Assembly: GCA_031551135.1 (NCBI GenBank)
Contig: JAVBOA010000015.1
Coordinates: forward strand, 18,814 to 82,813
Source of the DNA: Eubacteriales bacterium
GTDB taxonomy: Bacteria > Bacillota > Clostridia > Lachnospirales > JAITVM01
DNA: 64,000 nt
Direction: 5' to 3'
Shown: piece after piece, positions 51,777 to 61,725 of the stretch
Numbering within the stretch: position 1 is the stretch's first letter
Layout: each line of letters starts with the position of its first letter
Made by a program: the position numbers and the translations under genes
The notes under the pieces: model-generated
What the model was told of the DNA's origin: nothing
Databases searched by the model: none
The model's input: only the letters and a program-made list of their open reading frames with translations

Positions 51777-52997
51777 TTAATCAACGAGATAAACTACCGT
51801 CGATCTTCTTCCATATTGAATACATTCGTTATAAGTATTAAAAAACAAATCTATTTTGTTGCCTTTAATCGAACCGCCGGTATCTGCCGCAACGGCATAA
51901 CCGTAGCCTTTTACATATAATACGGAACCAAGAGGGATAACGTTTCTGTCAACAGCGACAATACCGAGTTTTGTAGGTACGCCGGACGCAGTTATTCCAT
52001 AATAAGGGTCTCCCGGGGATTTTCCGGTTTCGCTCGGACCATTTGTATAGGCCGTAGCGGTCATATTATAAACAGCTTTATATGATTCGGGAACATAGTT
52101 TGCGGAAACATTTTTGAAACTGCTTCTGGTCTCAGCAAGGGCTGTAAGCAATCTGGAATGGTTTTTAAGGTTTTTGGCTGCCGAGATAAGTGCGGAAATA
52201 TCGCTATTATCCGATGATTGGTTTTCGGCATTAGAGCTGTTGTTAGTATTATTTGCTTTAACTGTCTCGACTACAGGCTCTGGTTTAGGTATCGGCTTAG
52301 ATTTTGTACCTTTAGAGATTACTTTGTTTACAGGTTCCGCGATGATTGTGTCCGAAACAACATTGTCTTCCAACAAAACATCCGATTCATATATTTTCTG
52401 TTTTACAATTTCTCTCTTGCCTTCGGTTCCTTCGGCTTTAACAGAGTCTTCGCCGACATAAACTTCGGGGTTTTCTTCGATAACGGTTTCGAAACCAATA
52501 TTTTCGTAGCTTACCGCAGTTTCGGTACGCTTTGTAACCAAAGTGATAGTTTGACCTTTTTTAAGGTCATCAGATGGTAACCCGTTTTTATAAACGTATT
52601 CTGTCTTAACTGTGGAATTTTCATCTTTCTTTATGTTATTAGCTTCTGTTAATGAAGAAATAACATGACCGACCTTTAAGCCGGGCTCGACTTTTAAAGT
52701 TCTTGCTTTGTTATCAATTTTTACATTTACATAATATCCTCTTTGTATAACGATATCGGTATTTATGTCGATAACCATGTCAAGCGGAACATTAATTTTG
52801 TCTTTGTCTTCAAGAACTATATTTTCCTCTTTAAGAAATTGGGCAACGGTTTTTTCGAGTATTCTGTATCTTGAGATTTCTCCGTCGTCGATAGTTACAG
52901 AAACATCTTTGAAAGTAGCTTCGTAAGCACTAGCAGCTCCGGCAAAAACAGCCAAAATAATAATTACTAAAAACAAAACTCTAAATTTCTTAAACAT
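51777..52997 (-). CDS. YabE-like cell-wall protein (DUF348 repeats, G5 domain, C-terminal 3D domain)
   Basis: RBS GAGGAGG and a signal/TM segment. G5 region (GEDSVKAEGTEGKREIV). C-terminal 3D domain (TATAYT...GITASG...IVAVD..VIPLGS.LYV.GYG..VAADTGG.IKG..IDLF). Synteny with metG-tatD as in B. subtilis metS-yabD-yabE. Confidence 0.85.
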   Translation of the reverse strand: MFKKFRVLFLVIIILAVFAGAASAYEATFKDVSVTIDDGEISRYRILEKTVAQFLKEENIVLEDKDKINVPLDMVIDINTDIVIQRGYYVNVKIDNKARTLKVEPGLKVGHVISSLTEANNIKKDENSTVKTEYVYKNGLPSDDLKKGQTITLVTKRTETAVSYENIGFETVIEENPEVYVGEDSVKAEGTEGKREIVKQKIYESDVLLEDNVVSDTIIAEPVNKVISKGTKSKPIPKPEPVVETVKANNTNNSSNAENQSSDNSDISALISAAKNLKNHSRLLTALAETRSSFKNVSANYVPESYKAVYNMTATAYTNGPSETGKSPGDPYYGITASGVPTKLGIVAVDRNVIPLGSVLYVKGYGYAVAADTGGSIKGNKIDLFFNTYNECIQYGRRSTVVYLVD

Positions 52998-53590
52998 TAA
53001 ATTTTTTCCTCCTCATAAGACCCGTTGTTTAAAAAATAAATAAACTGAGGTCTCTTGAAACCATAGGCAAGAAAAATACAAAGCAAATTTTCTTTGTTTT
53101 AGTATTTTAAAAAACTGACCTTTAGTGGGAAGGTAAAGTTGTGAAAACAAAGATATATTACTGAAGCCCGCTTGTATTTTTGCAATTAGCGTATATGCAG
53201 CTAATCTCTTTAATCGGCACGAAATAAACATTCAAAAATTTGCTTATTTCAATTATTAAAGCAGTCCATGCTATGTATAAATAATATATGCCCTATGTTA
53301 CAAAAAGATTACCTTATGATTTATAATTTTTGTTGTCAATTTTTGTTTACCGATTAAATTTTAAATAAACAGAAATTGAGTTTATGGTAGCGAAAACCGA
53401 GAGCGAAAATAATCCGGTACCCCTAATAATGAATGACAACAGAACGGAAAAAGCTCGTGAGAAAATCTGCTTCCATTCACATCCCGGAAATTATTTTTTA
53501 AAGTCGGTTTTATGTATACGGAAACCGCAATGAAATGAGTGTCCGATAAACGAAATTATCCCAAATATTAGCAGAGAAATAATTGCGTTT

Positions 53591-53624
53591 AAAAAAAAAT
53601 AAGGAATAAAATTATTATCCTTAT
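53591..53624 (-). terminator. Intrinsic terminator of the metG-tatD operon
   Basis: On the minus strand, the AATAAGGATAATAATTTTATTCCTTATT hairpin is followed by T9. Confidence 0.75.
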
Positions 53625-53715
53625 TTTCTACCATAAATTTATATTAACATATCTGTAACAATTATGCAATATAGTTTTTACATTTATATTTTGATTTTAT
53701 TCTACAAAAAGAATT

Positions 53716-54483
53716 TTATTTGTGATTCAAAAAAAGCCTTTTTGCATTTTCCTCAGTTTTTTCAATGACTTCAGAGGTCGACATTTTTTTGATTTCTGAT
53801 ACTTTTATAGAAATATATTCCAAATATCTGGAATCATTTCTTTCACCGCGCTTTGGAACAGGTGCCATATATGGACAATCTGTTTCTAAAAGTATATATT
53901 CAATTGGTATTTTTTCGACAGTCTCCACAAGTTTTTTTGCGGACGGAAATGTAACAACTCCGCCGACACCGATATAATAACCTTTTTTCACATATTCTTT
54001 TGCCATTTCCGCGCTTCCCGAATAGCAATGGATAACGCCTTTCTTCTTAATATCCGCCTGCATTATCATATCAAAAGTTTCTTGATCGGCATCTCGTGAA
54101 TGAATGATTACCGGAAGATTAATCTCGTTTGCGAATTCCATTTGTTTTTTAAACCAAAAACGCTGAATATCTTTTTCCGAATAATTATAATAAAAATCCA
54201 AACCGATTTCGCCGATAGCCACGACTTTTTTATGCTTTGCCATTTCTTTGAGCCTCAGAAATTCATCATCATTCAAATCCTTCGCGCTGTGCGGATGCAC
54301 GCCAACCGAGGCATAAATAAAATCATATTTTTTTGCTAAATCAATGCTTCGCTTTGATGATTTCATATCAGCACCGATATTTATTACATTTCCGATATTG
54401 AAATCTTTCAGAGAATTCAGAATTTCGTCACGGTCATCTTTGAATCTTCTGTCATCAAAATGTGCATGAGTTTCAAAAATCAT
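53716..54483 (-). CDS. tatD: TatD family metal-dependent hydrolase (YabD)
   Basis: IFETHAHFDD, GVHPH, AIGEIGLD, IIHSR, GVIHCYSG, LLETDCPYM. ATGA overlap with the metG stop. Confidence 0.9.
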   Translation of the reverse strand: MIFETHAHFDDRRFKDDRDEILNSLKDFNIGNVINIGADMKSSKRSIDLAKKYDFIYASVGVHPHSAKDLNDDEFLRLKEMAKHKKVVAIGEIGLDFYYNYSEKDIQRFWFKKQMEFANEINLPVIIHSRDADQETFDMIMQADIKKKGVIHCYSGSAEMAKEYVKKGYYIGVGGVVTFPSAKKLVETVEKIPIEYILLETDCPYMAPVPKRGERNDSRYLEYISIKVSEIKKMSTSEVIEKTEENAKRLFLNHK

Positions 54484-56429
54484 TTAATCACCGATCCGCT
54501 TTCAATTTCGGCCGTCAATAATTGTAAATTTCCTTTGTCATCCGATGCCGCAAGAACCATGCCCTCAGACAAAACGCCGCGCAATTTTACAGGCTTTAAA
54601 TTTATAACGACAGCAACTTTTTTACCGATAAGGTCTTCAGGAGCGTAATGCTTTGCGATTCCCGAAACAATCTGCCTTATTTCGTCTCCGATTTTTATTT
54701 GTGATTTCAATAATTTGTCCGAGCCGTTAATTTTTTCACATTGAATAATTTCGCCGATTCTCATTTGAACTTTTGCAAAATCATCAATTGAAATTTCTGG
54801 AATTTCCGGTGTTGCTTCGGTCTTTTCATCTTTCTTCGCCAAAGAATTTTTTTGTGTTTCTTCATTTATAATATTGAGTTCTTCAATTTCTTTTTTCAAG
54901 TCAAGGCGCGGGAAAATAATATTGCCTTTGTTTATAATAATATTTTTATTCAGCAAACCGAATGTTTTTAAAGAATCCCATGTTAGGATTTTTTCATCTG
55001 TAATATTCAGCTGTTTTTGAATTTCTTTCGGCGAATTTGGCATAAACGGCGAAATTAAAATCGAGATAATACGCAGAGATTCGGATAAAACGTAGAGCGT
55101 TCTGGCAAGAATATCTTTTTTGCTTTCGTCTTTTACCAAAACCCACGGCGACATTTCGTCCGTAAATTTATTCATTCTTCTTATGAAATTCCAAATTTCA
55201 TTGACTGCATCATTTAATTCATATTTATCAAAATGGTTCTCAACTTTTTTGACTATTTCCGAGCAATAATTCGAAATTTCGTGTTCGAGTTCTATTTCTG
55301 CATTCGATTCGGGCAGTTCACCGCCGAAATATTTATCAATCATTCCTACGGTTCGGGACAATAAATTTCCGAGGTCGTTCGCCAAATCGGAATTAATTCG
55401 CTGTACTAAGGCTTCGTTTGAAAAATTTCCGTCTTGACCGAAAACTATTTCACGAATCAAAAAATATCTAATCGCATCAACGCCGTAGCGGCTTGTCAGG
55501 ATTTTCGGGTCAACAACATTTCCGGTCGATTTGCCCATTTTTTTGCCGTCGAAAACAATCCAGCCATGACCGAAAATTGTTTTAGGCAACGGCAAATCCA
55601 AGGCCATAAGAAGCGCAGGCCAAATTATAGAATGGAATCGAACAATTTCTTTTGCCATTAAATGCAAATCCGCAGGCCAGAATTTTTGAAAAAGGCTGTC
55701 ATTTTCAGAGAGATATCCGAGAGCGGTAATATAATTTGAAAGCGCATCAATCCAAACATAAACAACATGACCTTTATCAAACTCCACAGGCACGCCCCAA
55801 GAAAAGCTCGTTCTGGAAACGCAAAGATCCTCCAGACCCGGCTTCAGGAAATTATTGACCATTTCATTTTTTCGGGATACAGGAAGAATGAAATCCGGAT
55901 TTTCTTCGATATGTTTCGTCAAAATATCTTGATATTTAGATAATTTGAAAAAGTAAGCTTCTTCCTTTACCCTTTCCAATTCTTTTCCGCATTCCGGGCA
56001 TTTATTGTTTTCGGCTTGTCTTTCGGTAAAAAAGGATTCGTCGGAAGTGCAATAAAGTCCTTCATAAGAAGATTTATAAATTTCGCCTTTGTCGTAAAGC
56101 ATTTTAAAAATCTTTTGTACGGTTTTTATATGATAATCGTCGGTTGTTCGAATAAAACCGTCATATTCTATATCCATTGTTTTCCAAAGGTCAATAATCC
56201 ATTCATGAATTCCGTCGAGATATTTTTTCGGTTCCATTCCGACTTTTTTTGCGGTGCGCTCGATTTTTTGACCGTGTTCATCAAGTCCGGTCAGGAAAAA
56301 AACATCATATCCGCGAGCTTTTTTGTATCTTGCGATTGTGTCCGCCGCAACGGTTGTATAAGAATGCCCGATATGAAGTTTGTCATTTGGATAATAAATC
56401 GGGGTTGTAATATAAAATTTCTCTTTCAA
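54480..56429 (-). CDS. metG: Methionine--tRNA ligase with C-terminal tRNA-binding (EMAP/Trbp111-like) domain
   Basis: Start set to TTG 56429, 7 nt after AAAGGAGG (LKEKFYITTPIYYPNDKLHIGHSY = HIGH motif). KMGKS is the KMSKS variant. Zinc knuckle CPECG. C-terminal FAKVQMRIGEI..CEK..GSDKLLK. Confidence 0.95.
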   Translation of the reverse strand: MKEKFYITTPIYYPNDKLHIGHSYTTVAADTIARYKKARGYDVFFLTGLDEHGQKIERTAKKVGMEPKKYLDGIHEWIIDLWKTMDIEYDGFIRTTDDYHIKTVQKIFKMLYDKGEIYKSSYEGLYCTSDESFFTERQAENNKCPECGKELERVKEEAYFFKLSKYQDILTKHIEENPDFILPVSRKNEMVNNFLKPGLEDLCVSRTSFSWGVPVEFDKGHVVYVWIDALSNYITALGYLSENDSLFQKFWPADLHLMAKEIVRFHSIIWPALLMALDLPLPKTIFGHGWIVFDGKKMGKSTGNVVDPKILTSRYGVDAIRYFLIREIVFGQDGNFSNEALVQRINSDLANDLGNLLSRTVGMIDKYFGGELPESNAEIELEHEISNYCSEIVKKVENHFDKYELNDAVNEIWNFIRRMNKFTDEMSPWVLVKDESKKDILARTLYVLSESLRIISILISPFMPNSPKEIQKQLNITDEKILTWDSLKTFGLLNKNIIINKGNIIFPRLDLKKEIEELNIINEETQKNSLAKKDEKTEATPEIPEISIDDFAKVQMRIGEIIQCEKINGSDKLLKSQIKIGDEIRQIVSGIAKHYAPEDLIGKKVAVVINLKPVKLRGVLSEGMVLAASDDKGNLQLLTAEIESGSVIK

Positions 56430-56463
56430 AAAAAATCCTCCTTTTGGCTGAATAAATACTATT

Positions 56464-56492
56464 ATTATAATCTGAACTTTAATAAATTGCAA
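56464..56492 (-). promoter_or_regulatory. Candidate metG promoter
   Basis: On the minus strand: TTGCAA, 17 nt spacer, TATAAT, about 35 nt upstream of the RBS. Confidence 0.6.
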
Positions 56493-56626
56493 AATATTAA
56501 AATTTCATCATTTGCCTAAAATTTTCGACGATTGAAAAATAAGATTTCTTGTGCTAAGATAGAAATAATTTTGAATTTGCCGATATTATTAGAAATATAA
56601 TTTTGATAAATTAGAGTGGTGATATA

Positions 56627-57448
56627 ATGAAATACAAACTTGTAGCAATGGATTGTGACGGGACTTTATTGGACAGCAGATTGAATTTGCCGAAGAAGAA
56701 CGAAGAAGTAATTCGAAAATTAAGCAAAAAAGGAATTAAATTTATAATTGCAACAGGCAGAAATGACAAAAGCGTTAAAGAATATATTGAGCAACTGGAA
56801 ATTACAGCGCCGATTATCGGCTGCAACGGCGCATCAATTCGAGATATTAATAAAAATATCGTGTATTCGCTTTATCCGATTGATGAAAAGCCGCTGAGAG
56901 AATTGTGGGATTATTTTGTAAAAGAAAATCTTACGCCGCAATATTTTAATATAGATTCATATTATTGCCATACGCAGGAAAATATTGATGAAATTAAAGA
57001 GATGTTTAAAGAATTTGACGCATATTCGGTAAATTTATTTACTTCGTTTGTGGCTGAAAGCTTTGAAACATTGCGAGACAAAAAAATACTTAAAGTAATT
57101 TTTAATACCGAAATCCCGGGACTGCAATCAAAAGTGCAAGAAGATTTATCTAGAATAAAAGGAATTAATGCCGTGCGCTCATCAAAAACCTGTATAGACA
57201 TTGTTGCGGAAAATGTTTCAAAAGGTAATGCACTTTTGGAATATATAAAAGGTGAAAATATTAAACCCGAAGAAGTTATTGCGATCGGTGACAGCGAAAA
57301 CGATTATTCCATGCTGAAATCTGTAGGTTTTTCGATTACATTTGAAAACGGCGATTCATTGTTAAAAGAATTCGCAGATTATATTACTGTTTCGAATAAC
57401 GAAGCGGGCCTCGGCATCGCACTTGAAACGGTTTTTGGTCTGAAATGA
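56627..57448 (+). CDS. Cof-type HAD-IIB family hydrolase
   Basis: MDCDGTLLDS, IATGR, GDSENDYSML. Confidence 0.9.
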   Translation: MKYKLVAMDCDGTLLDSRLNLPKKNEEVIRKLSKKGIKFIIATGRNDKSVKEYIEQLEITAPIIGCNGASIRDINKNIVYSLYPIDEKPLRELWDYFVKENLTPQYFNIDSYYCHTQENIDEIKEMFKEFDAYSVNLFTSFVAESFETLRDKKILKVIFNTEIPGLQSKVQEDLSRIKGINAVRSSKTCIDIVAENVSKGNALLEYIKGENIKPEEVIAIGDSENDYSMLKSVGFSITFENGDSLLKEFADYITVSNNEAGLGIALETVFGLK

Positions 57449-58008
57449 TTAACCATACCGGAACTTTAACCGTAAAATCGAAAAGGCTTACACTCAGAAA
57501 ATTCAAAATATCCGATGCCGAATCATCATATAAATATTGGGCGGGCAGTGAAATTACCGTTGAGGATATAGATTTTATCTGCCATGAAAATCTTCTTCAG
57601 ACCGTGAATTTTATAAAGGAAACTATTGCGGATTACAATCTCTATACTTATAGTTTCGCGATAGAGCTGAACGAAAAAAAACAAGTTATCGGCTCGATTC
57701 AGCTAACTAATATTGATGATTATCTCTGTAAATGCGATGTCGGGTTTGTGATAGGATATATGTTTTGGAAAAATGGTTATGCCACCGAAGCGCTGGATAT
57801 GGCGCTGAATTTCGCGTTTAACACCGTGGGTTTTAAAAAAGTTGTTGGGCTTTGCCGTACCAATAACCCAAGCTCAGAATCTGTAATGAAAAAATGTAAT
57901 ATGCAGTTTGAAGGCATAGCGCGCCGCGAAATACGTATTATTGACGATTTTTATGACGGAAAAGTATATTCTATATTAAAAGAAGAATATAAAAGAAACT
58001 ATAAATAA
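57445..58008 (+). CDS. GNAT family N-acetyltransferase (RimJ/RimL-like)
   Basis: LTLRKFKISDAES N-terminus, WKNGYATEAL, and FEGIARRE near the C-terminus. 4-nt overlap with the HAD gene. Confidence 0.85.
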   Translation: MINHTGTLTVKSKRLTLRKFKISDAESSYKYWAGSEITVEDIDFICHENLLQTVNFIKETIADYNLYTYSFAIELNEKKQVIGSIQLTNIDDYLCKCDVGFVIGYMFWKNGYATEALDMALNFAFNTVGFKKVVGLCRTNNPSSESVMKKCNMQFEGIARREIRIIDDFYDGKVYSILKEEYKRNYK

Positions 58009-58012
58009 AACA

Positions 58013-58056
58013 AAAAGCCGTGTACCCGATTTGAACCCGTTCACGGCTTTTTTTTT
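58013..58056 (+). terminator. Intrinsic terminator after the HAD-GNAT pair
   Basis: AAAGCCGTG...CACGGCTTT followed by TTTTTT. Confidence 0.8.
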
Positions 58057-58261
58057 ATATCAGTCCGAAAATTAATTTTACAACAGTTATAATGATAAAA
58101 ATAATTATGACGATTACAATGACTTTTCTTATTTTTGCAAAAACTTCATTCATTTTTTTATTATGTGTTTTTGAGATATACAAAATAAAGTTTGTCAATA
58201 TCAAAAGCATTATTGAGATTAAAAGCGAAGAATAAGAAAAAAAGTCCAAAAAAGCTTTCAA
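58055..58261 (-). CDS. Small two-TM membrane protein
   Basis: TTG start 9 nt after AAGGAG. 68 aa with two hydrophobic helices. Confidence 0.45.
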   Translation of the reverse strand: MKAFLDFFSYSSLLISIMLLILTNFILYISKTHNKKMNEVFAKIRKVIVIVIIIFIIITVVKLIFGLI

Positions 58262-58455
58262 AAAAAATCACTCCTTAATTTTATACTATACTCTCTATAT
58301 TAATTTATTTTCATTACATAGTAAATACATAAATATATCAGAAATCGTTTTTCGCACAAAAAATAATATTCTGTAAGCGGACTTTTGCCGATTTATATAT
58401 AGCAACACACTATCAAAAAGAATTGTACAAAATAAATTCAGAGGAGGAAAAAAGA

Positions 58456-58929
58456 ATGCGCCTTTATATTAAACAACGATTTTTCACGCTAAGGGATAGA
58501 TATGATGTTTATAATAAAAATAACGAAGTTGTATATATTGTTATGCGGGAAGCTCTGAAAATTTCGGCGACATTCAACCTCTATGATGCGCAAAAAAATA
58601 AATTGTTTACGATTTACAGAAAATTTTTTTCGCTTTCTCCGACATATTATATTTGTAAAGAAAATCAAATACACTCTGAAGTAACCAAGGGCTTTTTATT
58701 TTTTGACAATTCTATTCAAGTAAACTCGATTTATAGAAAATATAAAATCATAGGAAATATTTGGGGGGTTGATTTTAAAATTTATGAAGAAGATAAATTT
58801 CTCGGTTCCATTAAAAAACGGATGTTTAATTTGAAAGAGATTTATGTTTTGACTTTTGATAATGAAGAGGATGCGCCGCTTTTTACTTCGCTGATCATTG
58901 CAATCGATAATTGCATTTATAATAAATAA
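58456..58929 (+). CDS. LURP-one-related / DUF567 (tubby C-terminal-like) family protein
   Basis: Start set to ATG 58456 after GAGGAGG. MRLYIKQRFFTLRDRYDVY...FTIYRKFFSLSPTYYI matches the family pattern of repeated beta-hairpins. Confidence 0.6.
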   Translation: MRLYIKQRFFTLRDRYDVYNKNNEVVYIVMREALKISATFNLYDAQKNKLFTIYRKFFSLSPTYYICKENQIHSEVTKGFLFFDNSIQVNSIYRKYKIIGNIWGVDFKIYEEDKFLGSIKKRMFNLKEIYVLTFDNEEDAPLFTSLIIAIDNCIYNK

Positions 58930-58930
58930 T

Positions 58931-58962
58931 AAGGCGAATGGCGCAATCGCGCCATTCGCCTT
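58931..58962. terminator. Bidirectional terminator between the DUF567 and GntR genes
   Basis: AAGGCGAATGGCGC-aat-GCGCCATTCGCCTT, a perfect 14-bp stem. Confidence 0.85.
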
Positions 58963-59602
58963 ATTTCATTTTTAAAATTCGTTTGCGTCCGTTAGAAAAA
59001 TGTTGTTTCAGAAAATAAATCGCACATTCTTTATTACGTTTTTTAACGGCTTCATAAATGAGCTTATGCTCTTTCAAAGTTTCGTCCAAAGTCTCGATAT
59101 AGCTGGATTTAGCGACAACCATCGAAAATTGTACACGGTAAGATTCGGCATTTTTTTTGATACGTCCGTTTTCTATATAATTATAAAATGCAGTATGAAA
59201 ATCATTATTATAATACCATTCGCCAATTTCCTGCTTATTTTCGGATATAATTTTTTCGTGGTTAAGCAGTGCCGCTTCTAAATCATTCAAAAGCTCATCA
59301 AATTTTTCGGTATCCATAGCTTTTTCGATAGCGTAACAATCAAAAATTTCACAAATATCAGTAATTTCGATGAGGTCATCGATTGTAAAATCGCAGACTT
59401 TCGCGCCGACATTTGTGGAAAATTCAATCAGACCTTCTTGCGAAAGCCTAGTCAAAGCTTCTCTAACGGGTGTTGAACTTACATTAAAAGAAGTTTCCAA
59501 TTCTTTTATCGTAAGCTTTGAGCCGCAAGGAAGTTTTTGCAGAATAATATCACGTTTTAAAAATTGATAGATTTGTTCGGATAGTGATTGTTTGATTAGC
59601 AC
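58961..59602 (-). CDS. GntR family (FCD subfamily) transcriptional regulator
   Basis: wHTH KLTIKELETSFNVSSTPVREALTRLSQEGLIE plus a helical FCD-like C-terminal domain. Confidence 0.85.
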   Translation of the reverse strand: MLIKQSLSEQIYQFLKRDIILQKLPCGSKLTIKELETSFNVSSTPVREALTRLSQEGLIEFSTNVGAKVCDFTIDDLIEITDICEIFDCYAIEKAMDTEKFDELLNDLEAALLNHEKIISENKQEIGEWYYNNDFHTAFYNYIENGRIKKNAESYRVQFSMVVAKSSYIETLDETLKEHKLIYEAVKKRNKECAIYFLKQHFSNGRKRILKMK

Positions 59603-59650
59603 AGCATTACTCCCTGTCGGAATTAAAATTTTTTAAATATATCCTATGTT

Positions 59651-61069
59651 TTAGGAATCACGTTCAACTATTAAAAATATAGCAAGCACGGCTGCCAAAA
59701 TAACCTCGATTAAAATTATCATTATTAGGTTCTGCTGAGATTGAATTTTTGATAAATAATCGGTCAAAAACCTGATTCCAAAATAACATCCCAAGGCAAA
59801 AACTGTTATTGTAGCGGCCAAAGAAATAATAACCGGCGAAAATTTTCCAAAATACGAGCTGATTCCTGTTCTTTGCTCGTTTTTGACTTCTTCTAAAAGA
59901 TGCTCGAGGTTGGAATAATTTCGCAACATGCATTTCAAATTTATAAAAGATTTATTATTACTGGAAAAAACCGGCCAGTTATAAGTAATAAAGTCTTTTA
60001 ATGTGGCTTCGAAGTCTTCGGTTTTTGTATCTTTATGATGGTTCAGTAAAAGCCATTCAAGATAATTGAGCGACTCATTTATTGTTTTTTCCTGAATTTT
60101 TTCGTATTTAGCTTTTGAAATAGATATCGTGGAAGTGCCTTCCAAAATATTTATAATCAAATTCAAAGATTTACGGAAATCGATTTTTTTCTCAAAATAC
60201 GAGCATAAATAAATTAAATTATAATCCAAAATGCTGTCGTTTTGAATTATTGTTTCCACATATTCCTGCACATCATATAAGATGTCCTCGTCATAAGAAT
60301 AGTATTCATCTCTTGGGGTCAGCAAATCATAAGAGGTTACTAAAATCCGAGACAAGCGGTTGTAGCGCAAATTCGGGTGCTTGTTTATAAAGCCGACGGC
60401 GCGCGAAAGATCTACATAAGACCTTATCGGCATTTCTTTAATTTTGTCCTGCAATGCCGGTATTACGAATTTATTATACAAATCGTTTATAAACAAAGTA
60501 TTATCCATTGTTTTAAAGGATTCTTGAGCGTCTATCACATACTGTTCGATTTCTTCTATCGCAAGGGATTTTAAATAACTTTGAAGCCCCGGAGTATAAT
60601 ATGTCCGCAATTCGGAAGGTTTTAAATCGGGGTTGATTTTATAAACATCTGATATTTTTTTTATGTATTCTCTTTCGATAGGCTCTTCAAAAAGATGTTT
60701 GAAATAATAGTCGAATAGCAGGGAATTTTTATTATTAAGCACTTTTTTAATAAGATCATCGGTAATGCTGCTTGGTTCCTCCGGAAAAAGAAAAGTATTT
60801 ATATAATTATAGTCCGGAACTACAATATATTCGGTTAGATTTTCGACTAAGTAGTTTAAGAAATCGGTTTTTATAATAAGGTCGTCATAATTGTTTATAA
60901 TCAATTTTGTAGCATCTTTTGAGAAAAGATAGTTTTTATCTACTTTAATATTATTAATCAAATCGTTTTCTTTTTGTCCGGCGTTATAAAAAAGACCCGA
61001 ACCCAAAGACTGGTCATTTTCGAGATCCAAAACAGCCGTAGCTTTTTCTTTTTCAAAATCCTTTATCAA
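59651..61069 (-). CDS. Hypothetical protein: ~390-aa soluble N-terminal region with two C-terminal TM helices
   Basis: 472-aa ORF with TTG start 7 nt after AAGGCGGTGA. No motif recognised. C-terminal SPVIISLAATITVFALGCYFGI and LIMIILIEVILAAVLAIFLIV. Confidence 0.6.
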   Translation of the reverse strand: MIKDFEKEKATAVLDLENDQSLGSGLFYNAGQKENDLINNIKVDKNYLFSKDATKLIINNYDDLIIKTDFLNYLVENLTEYIVVPDYNYINTFLFPEEPSSITDDLIKKVLNNKNSLLFDYYFKHLFEEPIEREYIKKISDVYKINPDLKPSELRTYYTPGLQSYLKSLAIEEIEQYVIDAQESFKTMDNTLFINDLYNKFVIPALQDKIKEMPIRSYVDLSRAVGFINKHPNLRYNRLSRILVTSYDLLTPRDEYYSYDEDILYDVQEYVETIIQNDSILDYNLIYLCSYFEKKIDFRKSLNLIINILEGTSTISISKAKYEKIQEKTINESLNYLEWLLLNHHKDTKTEDFEATLKDFITYNWPVFSSNNKSFINLKCMLRNYSNLEHLLEEVKNEQRTGISSYFGKFSPVIISLAATITVFALGCYFGIRFLTDYLSKIQSQQNLIMIILIEVILAAVLAIFLIVERDS

Positions 61070-61074
61070 TCAAA

Positions 61075-61275
61075 TCACCGCCTTTTTAATCTATAATTTT
61101 TATTCTTTTGTGCGAGATAAGTGTAAAGAAATTTATACAAAAATCCCATAAGTAAAGAAAGTATAAGTATAAATAAAATTATGATAATAAAGACATAAAT
61201 ATTACTCATATCAGTAGACAATTTTGCCTGACCGCTTAAAATAAAAAAATGCAAAAAGCTGATAAAATCCAACAA
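61075..61275 (-). CDS. Small membrane protein (start uncertain)
   Basis: 66-aa ORF ending 5 nt before the 472-aa gene start. TM is IYVFIIIILFILILSLLMGFLY. GGGGG lies upstream of the TTG cluster. An internal ATG (MSNIYVF) is also possible. Confidence 0.35.
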   Translation of the reverse strand: MLDFISFLHFFILSGQAKLSTDMSNIYVFIIIILFILILSLLMGFLYKFLYTYLAQKNKNYRLKRR

Positions 61276-61725
61276 TCCATAACCCCCTACAAAAAATCAA
61301 ATAAATAAAAAAATTTACAACAAGTAATTTTCTAACTCGAAACAAAATTTATATAGAAAAAATTTACTCATCATATGTCGAGCCGACGTGTTTCGTGAAA
61401 AATTGCCGCTCTATATGTAAAAATAAAAATACGGAAAATGCTTAAAAACAAGCGTATGCTTCATTTTAAATATTGCTGAGAATAAAAGATTTTGTAGAAT
61501 TTTAATAGCCGGCAAAATTTTTAAAAAATTATATTATTATGCCAATTGTTCCTTTTTAATTCATTTTATCAACAGAAAGTTTCAAAGTCAATGTTTTATA
61601 GCAAAACATCTTTAAATTTGTCAGTATCGCGGTTTGATTTCGTGTTTGGCAATAATATTTTTTTGTGATAGAGTATATTCTATAATGCAGAATAAAACCA
61701 GAATTTATAGAAAAGAGGCAGAAGA

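Noticed and set aside
53380-53545. c-di-AMP (ydaO-type) riboswitch call upstream of the yabE-like gene.
   Set aside because: Only the 3'-half motifs resemble the consensus as I recall it. The 5' half (GAAUC...ACGGGGA.CC) and the ACAGCUAACC box are missing. It is kept as a hypothesis in findings, not as a feature.
56430-56626. Expected T-box leader upstream of metG.
   Set aside because: Only about 190 nt separate metG from the divergent HAD gene. They contain a good promoter about 35 nt from the RBS. No T-box sequence (..GGTGGTACCGCG..), specifier hairpin or terminator is present.
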